Shown in pieces: positions 26,470 to 38,774 of a stretch of DNA of 64,000 nucleotides. Both the position numbers and the translations under genes were made by a program. Source of the stretch: the human T2T-CHM13v2.0 reference genome, Homo sapiens. Under the pieces are notes generated by a model. That model was not told the DNA's origin and searched no databases. It saw only the letters and a list, made by a program, of their open reading frames with translations. The stretch is from the NCBI RefSeq assembly GCF_009914755.1, contig NC_060942.1, one strand, 5' to 3'. How positions within the stretch are numbered: position 1 is the first letter of the stretch; each line of letters starts with the position of its first letter.

Positions 26470-29400
26470 GGCAATTTTTGGATGCACTGTAAATGAAATT
26501 ATTTTCTTAATTTTCTTTTCAAATTGTTCATTGTTAGTGTATAGAAATACAACTAATGTTTGTGCATTGACTTTATATCATGCTACTACACTGAATTCAT
26601 TAGTTCTAACATTTTTGTGAAATGTTTAAGGTTTTCTACATATAAGATCATATCATCCATGATTTTTCTTTTTCCTAATTTGGATGCTTTTTTTTCCCTA
26701 ATTGGTCTTTGTAGGATTCCAGTACTTTTTGAATAGAAGTGGTAAAAACAGGTATCCTTGCCTTTTTCCTAATCTTAGAGGACGAAGTTTCAGTCTTTCA
26801 TCATTAAGTATGCTGTTTGCTGTGGGTTTTCATACATGACTTTCATTATGCTGAGGGAATTTCCTTCTATTCCTAGTTTGTTAAATATTTTTATTATGAA
26901 AGGGTGTTGGATTTTGTCTAATGGTTTTTCTGCATCAGTTGAGATGATCATGTAAGGTATTTTTTTCATTCTGTTAATGTGGTATATTGCATTGATCAGT
27001 TTTCATGTTGAATCATCCTTACATTCCAGCAATAAATTCCACTTCATCATGTTGCATAATCCTTATAATAATCCTGAATTTGGTTTGTTCATATGTTGTT
27101 GAGAATTTTTCATAGATATTCACAAGAAATATTGGTCTGTAGTTTTCTTTTCTTGGAGTCTCTTTCTTGCTTTTGTGTCAGGACAGTGCTAGCCTCATGC
27201 AATGAGTCAGGCAGAGTCCCCTCCTCTTCAATTTTTTGAAAACGTTTGAGAAGAAGTGATGTTAGTTTTTTAAGTGTTTGGTAGAACTCACCAGTAAAGC
27301 CATCAGGTCCAAGGCTTTTCTTTGTCTGAAGTCAATCTTCTTGCTAGTTTTAGATCTATTCAAATGTTCTATTTCTTCATGAGTCAGTCTTGGCAGATTT
27401 TGCATTTCTAGGAATTTGTTGATTTCATCTATCTTCAATTTATTGTCATACAATTGTTCATAGTACTCACTTATAACCTTTTTATATTTCTGTGGAATTG
27501 GCAGTAAAAATGTCCCCACTTATATTCTGACTTTTGAGTCATCTCTTTTTTTTTTTTGTCAATCTAGCTAAAAATTTGTCTATTTTGTTGAACTTTTTGA
27601 AGAACCAATAATTGGTTTCAGTGATTTTCTCAATCGTTTTTCTATTCTCTATTTCATTGATCTCTGCTCCAGTCTTCATTATGTTACTCCTTCTGCTAGC
27701 TTTATTCCTTCTGCTAGCTAGTTTGTTATTCTTCTTCTAGTTCCTTAAGTTGCAACGTTAAAGTTGTTGATTTGAGATGTTTCCTTTTTACTGTAAGAAT
27801 TTATAGCTACAAATTTCCCCTTTATCACTGCTTTGGCTGCAGTCCATAAGTTTTGCTATGTTGTGTTTTTCATTGTCATTCATCTCTAAGTATTTTCTAA
27901 TTTTCTTTGAGATCTTATCTTTGATGCATTGGATGTTTAAGAGTATGTTGTTTGATTTTCACAAATTTTTTAATTTTTCAGTTTTTCTTTGGTAATTGAT
28001 TTCCAACTCCACTGTGTTGTGATCAAAGAAGATACTCTGTATGATATCCATCTTTTTAAACCTATTGAGACTTAATTTGTGGCCTAACATGTGGTCTATT
28101 CTGGAAAATGTTCCACCTGCACTTGAGAAGAATGTGTATTCCAATGTTGTTAAGTAGACTGCTCTGTTTATGTCTCATAGGTCCATTTGGTTTATTGTGT
28201 TGGCCAAGTCCTCTATTTCTTTATTTATTTTCTGCCTGGCTCTTCTATGCATTACTGACAGTGGAGTAGCGAAGTTTCCAATACCCCACTAGTATAGTAC
28301 AGCCATCTATTTCTTCTTTCAATTTTGTCCATTTTTGCTTCATGTATTAGGATAATCCATTATTAGGTCCATAAATGTTTGTAATTGTTATACATTCCTG
28401 TTGTATTTTCATTTTCAACCCTTTCAGTTATTGATGTCACAAAATACATATTTATACAATGTGTGCCAAAAAATGTAAACTAAGAATTATTTTTATAATA
28501 CATAATATCTCTTACATTATGTAGAAAATAAAATGTAGAGTGATAAGCCAAAGTTGCAATAATACTAGCTTTTAGGCAAGAACTTTTAATGTATTAATTG
28601 TTTAAATTATATATAAAACAAAAATGGAATTACAAACCATTTTTACAATGATACTAGTTTTTATAATTACCCATGTATTTATCTTTATTGAGATCTCCAT
28701 TTGTTTATATGACTTCAAGTTACTCTCCAGTGTTCTCTTCTTTCAACTTCCATGACTCCCATTAGCGTTTTTTGTAGGACAGTTCTAGTGGTAAGGAACT
28801 CCCTCAGCTTTACCTGGGAATGTTGTATTTCTCCCTCACTTTTGAAGGACAGTTTTACCGACATAAGATTCTTGGTTGATACGTTTTTGGTGTTTTTTTA
28901 AATTTTTCTTTTAGCACTTAATCAGTCCACTACCTTCTGGCCTCCAAAGTTATAAGAAGAAATCTGCTGATAATCTAATTAAAAATTTTTTGTATGTGAT
29001 GAATTGCTTCTCTCTTGCTGCTTTTAAAATTCTCTCTTTGGTTTTTAAAAGCTTGAATATATTGTGTCTTTTCGGGTCTGTTTATGTCCATCCTAATTAG
29101 AGCTCATTGAGTTTCTTGAATGTTTATGTTTGTGTCTTTCATCAAACATGGGATATTTTCAGCTATTATTTCTTCAAATAATCTCTCTTTCCCTTTCTCT
29201 CTCTCTTCTCTTTCTGAACTCCCACAAAGCTTATGGTGGTTCACTTGATAACATGCTACACATTCCTTAGGCTCTATTCACTTTTCTTTGGTATCTTTTC
29301 TTTCTTTACCTCAAACTCAATAATTTCAATTGTCCTATCTTCATTTCGATTGACCTTCACTGACTCTTTCTTCTACCTGCTCAAATTTGCTTTTGAATCT

Positions 29401-30480
29401 CTCTCTCTCTCTCTGGTGAACTTTTTATTTCAGTTGTTGTACTTTTCACCTCCAGAATTTCTTTTTTTCTTAGGTTTCCTAACTCTATTGATATTTCCAT
29501 TTTATTTACTCATTTTGTTCTTGACTTTCTCTATATCTTCCTTTAGTTCTTTGAGCATCTTTAAGACAGCTATTTTAAAGTCCTTATCTAGTAGGTCCAC
29601 CATCCGGTCTTTCTCTTGAACAGTTGGTTTATTTTTTGCCTTTGAATGGGTTATACTTTCCTGTTTCTTTGTATGTCATAATTTTTTTGTTAAAAGCTGG
29701 GCATTTGAATTTAATGATGTGGTAACTGGAAATCAGATTATCCCCTTTCCCCAGGGTTTGCTGTTGTTGGTACTGTTTTTGTTTTTTATTGTTTTAGGTT
29801 GCTTCCACACCAACGATCAGCCTGAAGTCTCAACTTAAGGTCTTCTCAGCTCTTTTCTGAGCCTGTGCCTTTCCCTGGGCACTCACACTTTCTAATTTTC
29901 TTCATATACACAGTTACTTTTGAATGTCTTAGTTTTTAATGTCTGAGTTCCAAAAGGAGAAAACGAGAAAAATAAAGGTGAGGGGAAAGATGCCAGCTCT
30001 TTAAATCCCCTGGAAGTCAGTATTTTGAAGCAGAAGTGACTTCCAAGGGATTTAAAGGAGGGGGAGGGGCTTGCGTCAATTGGGGCAGGTGCAACAATGG
30101 CCCCTGCCTCTTTGTCTGTCTCTATAATTAGAAGCAGCAATCTTCAATCCAGGCACAGATCCCAGATATTTGGAGGCCAGGGTCCCTTTGCCCACCTGGC
30201 TGCTGTAAGCTGTGTGCAGGCTGCTTCAGAAACATGTTCACGACTGCTGGCCATGGGGCTGGAGATAAGGGATATGTAGTGTCTATTGTGCCAAGAGCTG
30301 AAATGGACTGAAATTGACCTCAATTTACCATCCTACCATCCTTCCCCTGGAAGTTACATGCCTTCAATAGACTTTAGAGTCCCAAATAGTTACATCAGCC
30401 AGATCTTGCCAGTGCAACCGCAGTCTAAAGGGAGATGGACTCCTATTGCTTCCTACTCTGTCATCTCCCCAGAATCCTCC
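26470..30480 (-). mobile_element. Decayed old L1 (L1M class): ORF2 5' half, inter-ORF/ORF1 region and probable 5' UTR; 3' end absent
   Basis: Minus-strand peptides EYTFFSSAGGTFSRIDHMLGHK (endonuclease C-terminal motif) and ISEYYEQLYDNKLKIDEINKFLE..NLPRL (ORF2); T-rich antisense L1 sequence throughout; many stops and frameshifts. Confidence 0.9.
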
Positions 30481-30716
30481 TTCTATGTTATTAATATTTG
30501 TTTCATTTGGCAACTTCTTTTTCAAAAATTATTTTAGCCATTTGTGTTAGTTTAGAAAAATATTTTCAACTCTTCTTCGGACCTAATTTTTTGTTGTTCT
30601 ACTCATTTTTATCTTCATTACAAGTATTGTTACACTGGAAATTTTTCATATTTCATTTTGCCACAGAATAATGTTTGTGAAAAGGTTCATAGCCAGCACA
30701 CTTCAGCAGCACTCAT

Positions 30717-31094
30717 TGATATGGCTTGGTTGTGTCCCCACCCAAATCTCATCTTGATTTGTATTTCCCATAATCTCAACATGTCGTGGGAGGAACCTGG
30801 TGGGAGGTAATTGAATCACGGGGGCAGTTTCCCTTATACTATTCTGGTGACAGTGTGTAAACGCTCAGGAGATCTGATGGTCTTGTAAGAGGCTTCCCCG
30901 TTCACTCAGTTCTCATCCTTCTCCTTCCTGCCACCATGTGAAGAATAATGTGTTTACTTCCCCTTCCACCATGATTGTAAGTTTCCTGAAGCCTCCCCAG
31001 TCCTGTGGCACTGTGAGTCAATTAAACCTTTTTCCTTTATCAGTTACCAAGTCGTGGGTATTTCCTTATTAGCAGTGTGAGAATGGACTATACA
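30717..31094 (+). mobile_element. THE1C/THE1D-like MaLR solo LTR
   Basis: TGATATGGCTTGGTTGTGTCCCCACCCAAATCTCATCTTG...GTGAGTCAATTAAACC...GAGAATGGACTATACA. Confidence 0.93.
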
Positions 31095-33649
31095 TTCAAC
31101 AATTATGTTGAATTCATTCAAAACTGTTAGGCTAGTTATAGAGCTCTTGAGAACAGTGCTCTATAGATGCCCCCACTGCTTGCTTTACTCTTTTTCTCAA
31201 TATTTTATAGAGATTGCTCCATTCTTTCCCTAGACATGTGGAGAAGTCCAAGACAGGTGTGCTATTTTTTCCTTTGTAGCTTTCCTGTTTTTTTCTGCCT
31301 GGAGGTTTTTGGATTCTACCTTTATAATCAAATTTTTTCACATGACCAGATCTGGCCATTGGCTTCACCTTGTTGTATAAAATGAGCTGATTCAATCTGA
31401 AGGTGAGTATTGTATTCAGAAAACTAAAATTAAATTATGTCTTCCATTATAGCTTTTCTTTCCAATGAGCAAGGATAAAAATTTATTTTATTTGTATGAA
31501 GTTTATTTTTTCTAGAAGAAACTATTAGATTGTCCCACTCATCTCTAACTTGATTTTCTGTAGAATGTAACCTTTTTTATTGCTTCTAAGATTGTCTTAA
31601 ATTTTGCAATTATCACTTTGTTTAATTAATATTTTAATGGATTCCCATACCTACTCTTTTAAAGCTTCCTCCAAGATATCTCCATTCTCTTTTCTCCTTA
31701 TCCCATCTTGACTCTCTGAATTTAGAGTCCTGAGTATTGAGAATATGAAGAGAATACTTCATAAATCTTTTCATTTCCTACAGTAAAGTCCTTATTAACA
31801 TATAATAGTAAAACCAACAGCAACCATGAGGAAGGCTGATAGTGTGTGTCTGTTAAGCCCACCAACTCCACGTGGAGCATGGTTTGAGCCACTCCTCCCA
31901 CATTAACCATTTATTCCCCATACAGCCCCATGTGAAGTCAGGGGCATCCTCGTTACCAAGGTCGCACGCATAGCAAAGCCAGAGCCTGCCCCGTCCCACT
32001 CCTTTGCATCTCGTGTGCACGTTCTCCATCCTTTCAGTTACGGAATCTTCCCAGAGGCCCCATATTTATTCCTGTTTACCCTGCTTGAAAAAGAAGAGGT
32101 TTAAGTATGAACAGAGTAGTGGACTCTCCCGGGCTCCACTTTGACATCTACGGGATCCTTGCTAGAACCTTCTCCTCAGACCATGGCCACAGTGGCGAGG
32201 GCAGTCTGCAGTTTTTATCTTACCAGAAACGCTGGACAAAATCGCAGCACAAGTTCCCACAGCTTTGAAATGCTGATTTCACAGGCAAGAAGGATGGCAG
32301 GCCAGGTTCAGGACTGATGCAGAGGCCACAGGACCAAAGGATCGGAGAAGAGAAATGGATTAATGAGGACTTGAAAGGACTGGTAAAATGTAGAGAGACT
32401 GTGAGAAGAAGTGACTAAGAGTGGGAAAAATGCTTTCTGGCTCATAAAGAAATCTGACCTGGGGAAAATTTGGAGATCAGTTTTAGACATGCTGGGTGAA
32501 GTGAGACAGACCTCTGATATCTTACAAGGAAGGGTCAGGTTGTCATCCAGGTCAGTGTGGCCGAGACTGGCCAGGTAGTGGTGAAATCCTCACAGCTACC
32601 CTGAGCAAAAAAGGCTGGGTTACAACACTTAAGTGGAAAAGGCCCGAATCAAAGAATGCCACTGAATTTTGAACATAATGGCAGGACATCACTTTTTTAT
32701 GCTACATGTTATAGATTAAAATTAAGCTATTGGCCTAGTGAATTTTAAAAATAATTTCTAAAAAACATGGCACAGATCTAGGAATCAGGAAAATTGATTT
32801 TGATTCCTGGAAGAGCTGAAATTGTTTTATATTTCACTTGTACTGCTTTACATTCACCCTGGGCAAAATATTCATAAGTGATTTCCCTTTGCTGTAAAAA
32901 CATTGGATAATGGTAGCCTCTTTGGACAGAAATGGAGGGAATTTCTCTCTAGGCTTCACTTCAAAAAACTAATTTTCACTTAATACAAAGATGGAACTAC
33001 TCTTTTCTTCTCTAACCTCTCCATGCTGCACACCAGCAGATGACCCACCTAACACAGCTCTGAGCACACGGCTCCCAGCACCTCCAACAAAAAGCCCCAC
33101 CGAGATTCACACCCAAAGCACCAGGCCCTGACAAGGTTACTCGCTGTAACCTCCGGCTCCCACATCATCCCACCAGCTGGAGAAAAACTGCCATCAACAT
33201 CTTTGTATCCGTAGTAACTAGACCAAGGCCTCAAGCTGCTGGGCTTCAAATAGATGCTCAGTGGGGATCAACTGCTCTTACAGAACATCCACTGATTTCT
33301 AAGGGCAGTTCTACAAACAGATTTTACCTAAATTAGTAACTATGGTTTTGATATAAAATACTCATTCTCATGTCTCAGTTAATCACCTACAATGAGCATA
33401 ACCGTCATTTCAATAATCAAGAGTGTAGAATAATTATTTTTCATCAAAATCTCAGTAAAATATTGACCTACAATGAGGTATAAATTTAAATTCATATTGA
33501 AATGTCTAGATACAGAAGCAGCTCAACTCTGGAGCCAGTGCCTCAACTTCTAGTGCAGAACATCAGTTCCTTGACACTAACACAGCTGGTGAGGAGCCAC
33601 GCGCCTTCCTAAACACTCCTCTTCCTCCCTAACACCCCATGTGTTGGCC

Positions 33650-33915
33650 CCTTTCCTAGAGTCCAGCCCCCTCAACCCCGACTGCCAGGTGAACTCCTAC
33701 TCAAGCTTCAAGGCCCAGTTCAAGCCTGCCCTCCGTACTGTGATTTTTCTCTATTGTAATAATTACCCTGTCCTATTAGGAGCATTTGCTTCTGTGTCTC
33801 CCAGATGAGCCATATGCCCTAGCAGGGAAGAGCTTCAGCTTACCTTTCCCAGTTCCTCAGCTCAGACCCAGGCACCTAACAGATCATCAGTAAACATTTG
33901 CAGCCGAAAGAAAGG
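33650..33915 (+). mobile_element. L2 LINE 3' end
   Basis: CTCCTACTCAAGCTTCAAGGCCCAGTTCAAG...CCAGGCACCTAACAGATCATCAGTAAACATTTG. Confidence 0.65.
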
Positions 33916-34055
33916 ACAAGAGGAAGGAAGGCAGGAAGGTGGGAAGGCTAGAACATGGGAAGGAAGGAAGGCAGGAAAGAAGGAAGGCAATAAGGCAGGA
34001 AAGGAGGAAGACAGGAAGGCAGGAAGGAAGGAAGGGAGGAAGGAAGGAAGGAAAA
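33915..34055. repeat. (GGAA)n-like purine-rich simple repeat
   Basis: GGAAGGAAGGCAGGAAGG runs following the L2 tail. Confidence 0.85.
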
Positions 34056-34126
34056 AGGCTACTTTTGTAACATAAAGACACCACCTGGATCCCAGGGATA
34101 ACATGGATTTCCAGTCATCTCCACAG

Positions 34127-34449
34127 CTGACTGTCCACTGGGGGCCCTGCTGGCCACACGTGGCTGCTGAGCATGGACACGTGGCTGCTCCACACTGAGG
34201 CCTGTCCTTAGGCATTCATTGCACCTCAGAGTTCAAAGAATCAGCAGAAAGAAGTTGCAAACTATCTCACTAATAGCTTCTATATTGATCATATGGTACA
34301 GCAACCATATTTTGGGTTAAATAAAATACTCTATTAAAATTATTTTTTACCTGCCTTTTTTTACTTTCTTCTCATTGCTACTAGAAATTTTTAAATGACA
34401 GCTGTGGCTGTGTGTGTGGCTGCCATTGTGTTTCTGGTGCACAGAGCTG
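34127..34449 (-). mobile_element. MER33-like hAT-Charlie MITE
   Basis: CTGTCCA...GCCACACGTGGCTGCTGAGCA...GGGTTAAATAAAATA...GCTACTAGAAATTTTTAAAT...ACAGAGCTG is collinear with the reverse of MER33. Confidence 0.8.
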
Positions 34450-34544
34450 TCCGGAAGCCTCTGTGTGATGAGCTACAGCCCCAGGAGCCTTGGGGGCAGG
34501 AAGGGTTTGTATTTGCTGCTCCTTCTCCCCTTTTTCTTCTTTAA

Positions 34545-35378
34545 AGTTGTGTTTTTTATTTCCATTTCCCTGAGGATTAGCATCTTTTCAGGTACCCGTT
34601 GGCCAATTGTATGTCTTCTTTGAAGAAACAACTATCCTCAAGTCTTTCTGCCATTTTTAATCAGATTGCTTGGGTTTGTTTTTGTTGTTGTTGTTGCTAT
34701 TGTTGAGTTGTAGGAGTTCCTTGTGTATTTGGAATATTAACCCCTGGTCAGATGTATAGTGTATTAGTCCATTTTCATGCTGCTGATAAAGACATACTCG
34801 AGACAGGGCATTTACAAAAGAAAGAGGTTTATTGGACTTACAGTTCCACATGGCTGGGGAGGCCTCACAATCATGGTGGAAGGTGAAAGGCACATCTCAC
34901 ATGGCAGCAGACAAGAGAAGAGAGCTTGTGCAGGGAAACTCCCATTTTTATAAAACCATCAGATCTCATGAGACTCATTCACTATCACAAGAATAGCACA
35001 GAAAGACCCACCCCCATGATTCAATTACCTCCCAACAGATCCCTCCCACAACAGGTGGGAATTCAAGATGAGATTTGGGTGGGGACACAGCCAAACCATA
35101 TCACATGGTTTGCAGACACTTTCTCCAAGTCCATAGGTCACCTTTTCACTCTGCTCGTTGCCTCCTTTGCTGCACAGAGGCTTTTGGGTTTGATGCAATC
35201 CTGCTTGTCTCTTTTTGCTTTCACTGCCTGTGCTTTTAGGACTTATCCAAGAAGTCACTACCAAGACCAATGCAACAGAGTTTTTCTCCTGTTTTCTTCT
35301 AGAAGTTTTATACTTTCAGGTCTTATGCTACGCCTTTAATCCATTTTGAGTTTATTTTTGTGTATGGTGTAAGATAAG
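34545..35378 (-). mobile_element. L1 (L1MA/L1MB-like) ORF2 3' segment, inverted, interrupted by a THE1 LTR
   Basis: Antisense L1 on both sides of the LTR; minus-strand peptide YLTPYTKINSKWIK is an L1 ORF2 motif. Confidence 0.88.
34760..35103 (-). mobile_element. THE1A/THE1B MaLR solo LTR nested in L1
   Basis: TGTATTAGTCCATTTTCATGCTGCTGATAAAGACATAC...GGGTGGGGACACAGCCAAACCATATCA; degenerate 5-bp TSD TATAG/CATGG. Confidence 0.95.
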
Positions 35379-36975
35379 CCTCACACCTACTAAGATGGCC
35401 ATTATCAAGAAACAGAAGGTAGCAAGTGTTGGTGAGGAGGAGGAGATATTGAAGCCACTGTGCACTGTTGGCAGGAACGTAAAATGGTGCACCCGCTATG
35501 GAATGTAAAATGGTGCACCTGCTGTGGAATGTAAAATGGTTCACCCATTATGGAATGTAAAATGGTTCACCCGCTATGGAATGTAAAATTGTTCACCCGC
35601 TATGGAATGTAAAATTGTTCACCCGCTATGAAATGTAAAATGGTTCACCCATTATGGAATGTAAAATGGTTCACTCACTATGCAATATAAAATGGTGCAC
35701 CCGCTATGGAATATAAAATGGTTCACCTGCTATGGAATGTAAAATGGTTCACCCGCTATGGAATGTAAAATGGTTCACCCGCTATGGAATGTAAAATAGT
35801 TCACCCGCTATGAAATGTAAAATGGTTCACCCATTATGGAATGTAAAATGGTTCACCCGCTATGGAATGTAAAATGGTTCACCCGCTATGGAATGTAAAA
35901 TGGTTCACCCGCTATGGAATGTAAAATGGTTCACCCACTATGGAATGTAAAATGGTTCACCCGCTATGGAATGTAAAATGGTTCACCCGCTATGGAATGT
36001 AAAATTGTTCACCCGCTATGGAATGTAAAATGGTTCACTTGCTATGGAATGTAAAATGGTGCACCCACTATGGAATGTAAAATGGTTCACCCGCTATAGA
36101 ATGTAAAATTGTTCACCCGCTATGGAATGTAAAATGGTTCACCCACTATGGAATGTAAAATGGTTCACCCACTATGGAATGTAAAATTGTTCACCCGCTA
36201 TGGAATGTAAAATGGTTCACTTGCTATGGAATGTAAAATGGTGCACCCACTATGAAATGTAAAATGGTTCACCCACTATGGAATGTAAAATTGTTCACCT
36301 GCTATGGAATGTAAAATGGTGCACCCACTATGCAATATAAAATGGTGCACCTGCTGTGGAATGTAAAATGGTTCACCCACTATGGAAAACAGCATGGAGG
36401 TTCCTCAAAGCCTTAAAAACAGAACTGCCATATGCTCCAGCAATCCCACTTCTAAGTATTCATCAGAAAAAAAAATGAAAACAGGATCTCCAAGAAGTAT
36501 CTACACTGTGTTCATTGCAGCATTATATGCAATGGCCAAGAGGTGGAGGCAATCTAAATGGCCACTGGGAAGTGAATGGATAAAGAAAGTGTATACACAA
36601 ATAATGGAATATCATTCCACCTTTTAAAAGGGGCACCCTGTCACATGCTACAATACAGATTAACCTTGAGGACATTATACTAAGTGAAATAAGCCAGTCA
36701 CAAAATGACAAATACTGTATGAGTCTACCTATATGAGGTCTCTAAAACAGTCAAACTTATAGACACAGAGACTAGAATAGTGGTTGCCAGGGGTTGGGGG
36801 AGGAACGTGGAGAGTTTCAGCCACGTGAGATGGAAGAGCCCTGGAGGCGTGCTGTACAGCCCCATGTATGTAATTAGCAATACTATGCCATGTTGCAAAC
36901 ATCTAGTATGAGGGCAACTTCATGTTATGTGTTTCTCTTACCACAATAAAAATTAAAAATTTAAAAATTTAAAAT
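35379..36975 (+). mobile_element. L1 (L1MA/L1MB-like) 3' end, sense, containing an expanded VNTR and ending in an A-rich tail
   Basis: CCTCACACC...CAAGTGTTGGTGAGG; MENSMEVPQSLK peptide; CCAGCAATCCCACTTCT; TAAGTGAAATAAGCCAGTCACA; CACAATAAAAATTAAAAATTTAAAAA. Confidence 0.92.
35474..36383. repeat. Minisatellite, 35 x 26 bp (GGAATGTAAAATGGTTCACCCGCTAT), derived from L1 sequence
   Basis: 910 bp equals 35 x 26; the unit equals the L1 segment between two GGAA motifs. Confidence 0.97.
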
Positions 36976-38199
36976 TAGTGGTTAATGAAGATGACAGAGA
37001 GAAAGGGTTATTAGAAATCTTTCATAAGGGGATATTTTAGGAAGATCCTTCTAAGTGCTCAGCTCACCTTACAAAAAAAAGAGCAGGTTCCAGAAGAGTG
37101 TTTGGTGGAACCACATTTTCTGCTCTCTCAGAGGCCTTGGTGGCTGCCAATGCCCCCACCCAGTGGCCATCATAAAGGCCTCCTCTCTCCAGTATTTTTG
37201 CACCCTTTTACATTTTTGGTGTCTCCTTCCTCTTAGAATCAGCCCTTTCTCTGGCTCCTGTGACAGTCCCCAGTCCTGTTCGCTGCTGTCTTCTATTCCC
37301 CATCCTTTCCTCCTTGGACTTCCTCAATGCACTGTCTTGGAAATTCCTGTTTCAGAGGGTCTTCTTTTTCTACTGATGGCTTGTATTCACGTTTTTCACC
37401 GTGTAAAGGGCACTGGACTATGCAATGGAAGAATACAAATGAGAATTATACATCCTTCCCCTCCAGTGTCCATACACTAGAAGGAATGACTAACTCACAA
37501 TGCAAGTCCAGGTAGCACAAAGCTGGGAGAGAGACAAAGGACAAAGCAAAACGCACTTAGTTCTGAGGCATCTCAGAGGAGGCGTGGCTTGAAGAGGGCC
37601 TGGCTTCCTCTGATCTCAGCAACTTCCTCTAGCCTAGTCTTTCTGTCTCAAAAATCTCCACCTGTTATGTGCCAAGGCGAGTCAAGTGTTAAGTCAAAGG
37701 CATGAATCGGACAATAAATTCAAATACTCCCAGCCTGTGCCTATAGCCCTGGTTGGTCTCTCACACACTGGCCACATTCCTCCAGCCCCTTCCTGGATGA
37801 CGCAGAGCCTGTCCTCAGCCAGTATTCCCAAAGGTGAATGCCTTCTCTTGATAAAGGTCTTTCTCTTGAAAGCATTGTTCCTTCCAACTTCAAGACCACT
37901 TAGAAACGACATCCCCCTCTCCCTCCAGGGAACTCCCTCTCCACACATCCTCTCTTTTCACTTCAGGCCCCACTGCCTCCCCCTGGCTGAGCCCTTTCTT
38001 GCCTCTCAGCAGAAGTACTCATCCCTTCCTTGCCAGGAGTCCACTCCAGGGTTGCCAGCTCTGCCTCCTCCCACATGCGCTTCCCATCCCACCACCACCA
38101 GGCAGACCCCTCCAGCTTTTCTCCTCTGCCCTGGAAAAGCATTTTGAGTCATGCCTCAAAATGGAAGGCATAAAAGCTTACACTATGTAAATTTCCCCT

Positions 38200-38470
38200 T
38201 TTTATTTGTTTCGTACAATGTTAGAATCTAAGAGTCCATAGAGACCACCAAGAACATCTTGTTTAAGATGCTTTTTCCTGGGGGCTGTTGAGCCAGGCCA
38301 CACAATGTTTCCCCTGCACACTTGCCTACTGCATGTTTTCATTTCTGGGCCTTTATCATCACCAAACTCTGAGCTCCATGAGAACAGGATGGGATCTACC
38401 TGGATCACAGGTGCCTAGCACAGTGCCTGGCACACCAAGAGTCCTGAATCAACATTTATCAAAGGGAACA
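38200..38470 (+). mobile_element. L2 LINE 3' end
   Basis: CTCTGAGCTCCATGAGAACAGG...GTGCCTAGCACAGTGCCTGGCACAC is the canonical L2 terminus. Confidence 0.8.
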
Positions 38471-38774
38471 AGGAAGAAAGGAACAAAGAAGGAAGAAAGA
38501 CAGGAAGGAAGGAAAAGAAGAACACAACCTGCCATTTCAAGCTGTGCCCATCCCATTCCAAGCAGTTGCTGTTCCCACACCCAGCAAGCACAGGGTGCAG
38601 CAAACATAACTTGAATCCCATTCCTCCAAGAAGGAAGAATCCTTTTCTAGCCCACTCTTCAAATCCGGAACAGCAGTTACTCTGCATGAGGAATTAATGG
38701 CCTGAAAATGTCTACTATCAAAGGAAAGCTATGTTGTGCTAAAGAATGGTGGAAATAACCATCATAGCTTTCCA

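Noticed and set aside
27262-28144. L1 ORF2-like peptides as a functional CDS
   Set aside because: Fragments of a decayed L1 with stops and frameshifts
34848-34864. PRDM9 hotspot motif in the THE1 LTR
   Set aside because: The minus strand reads CCTCCCCAGCCAT, not the hotspot-associated CCTCCCTNNCCAC variant
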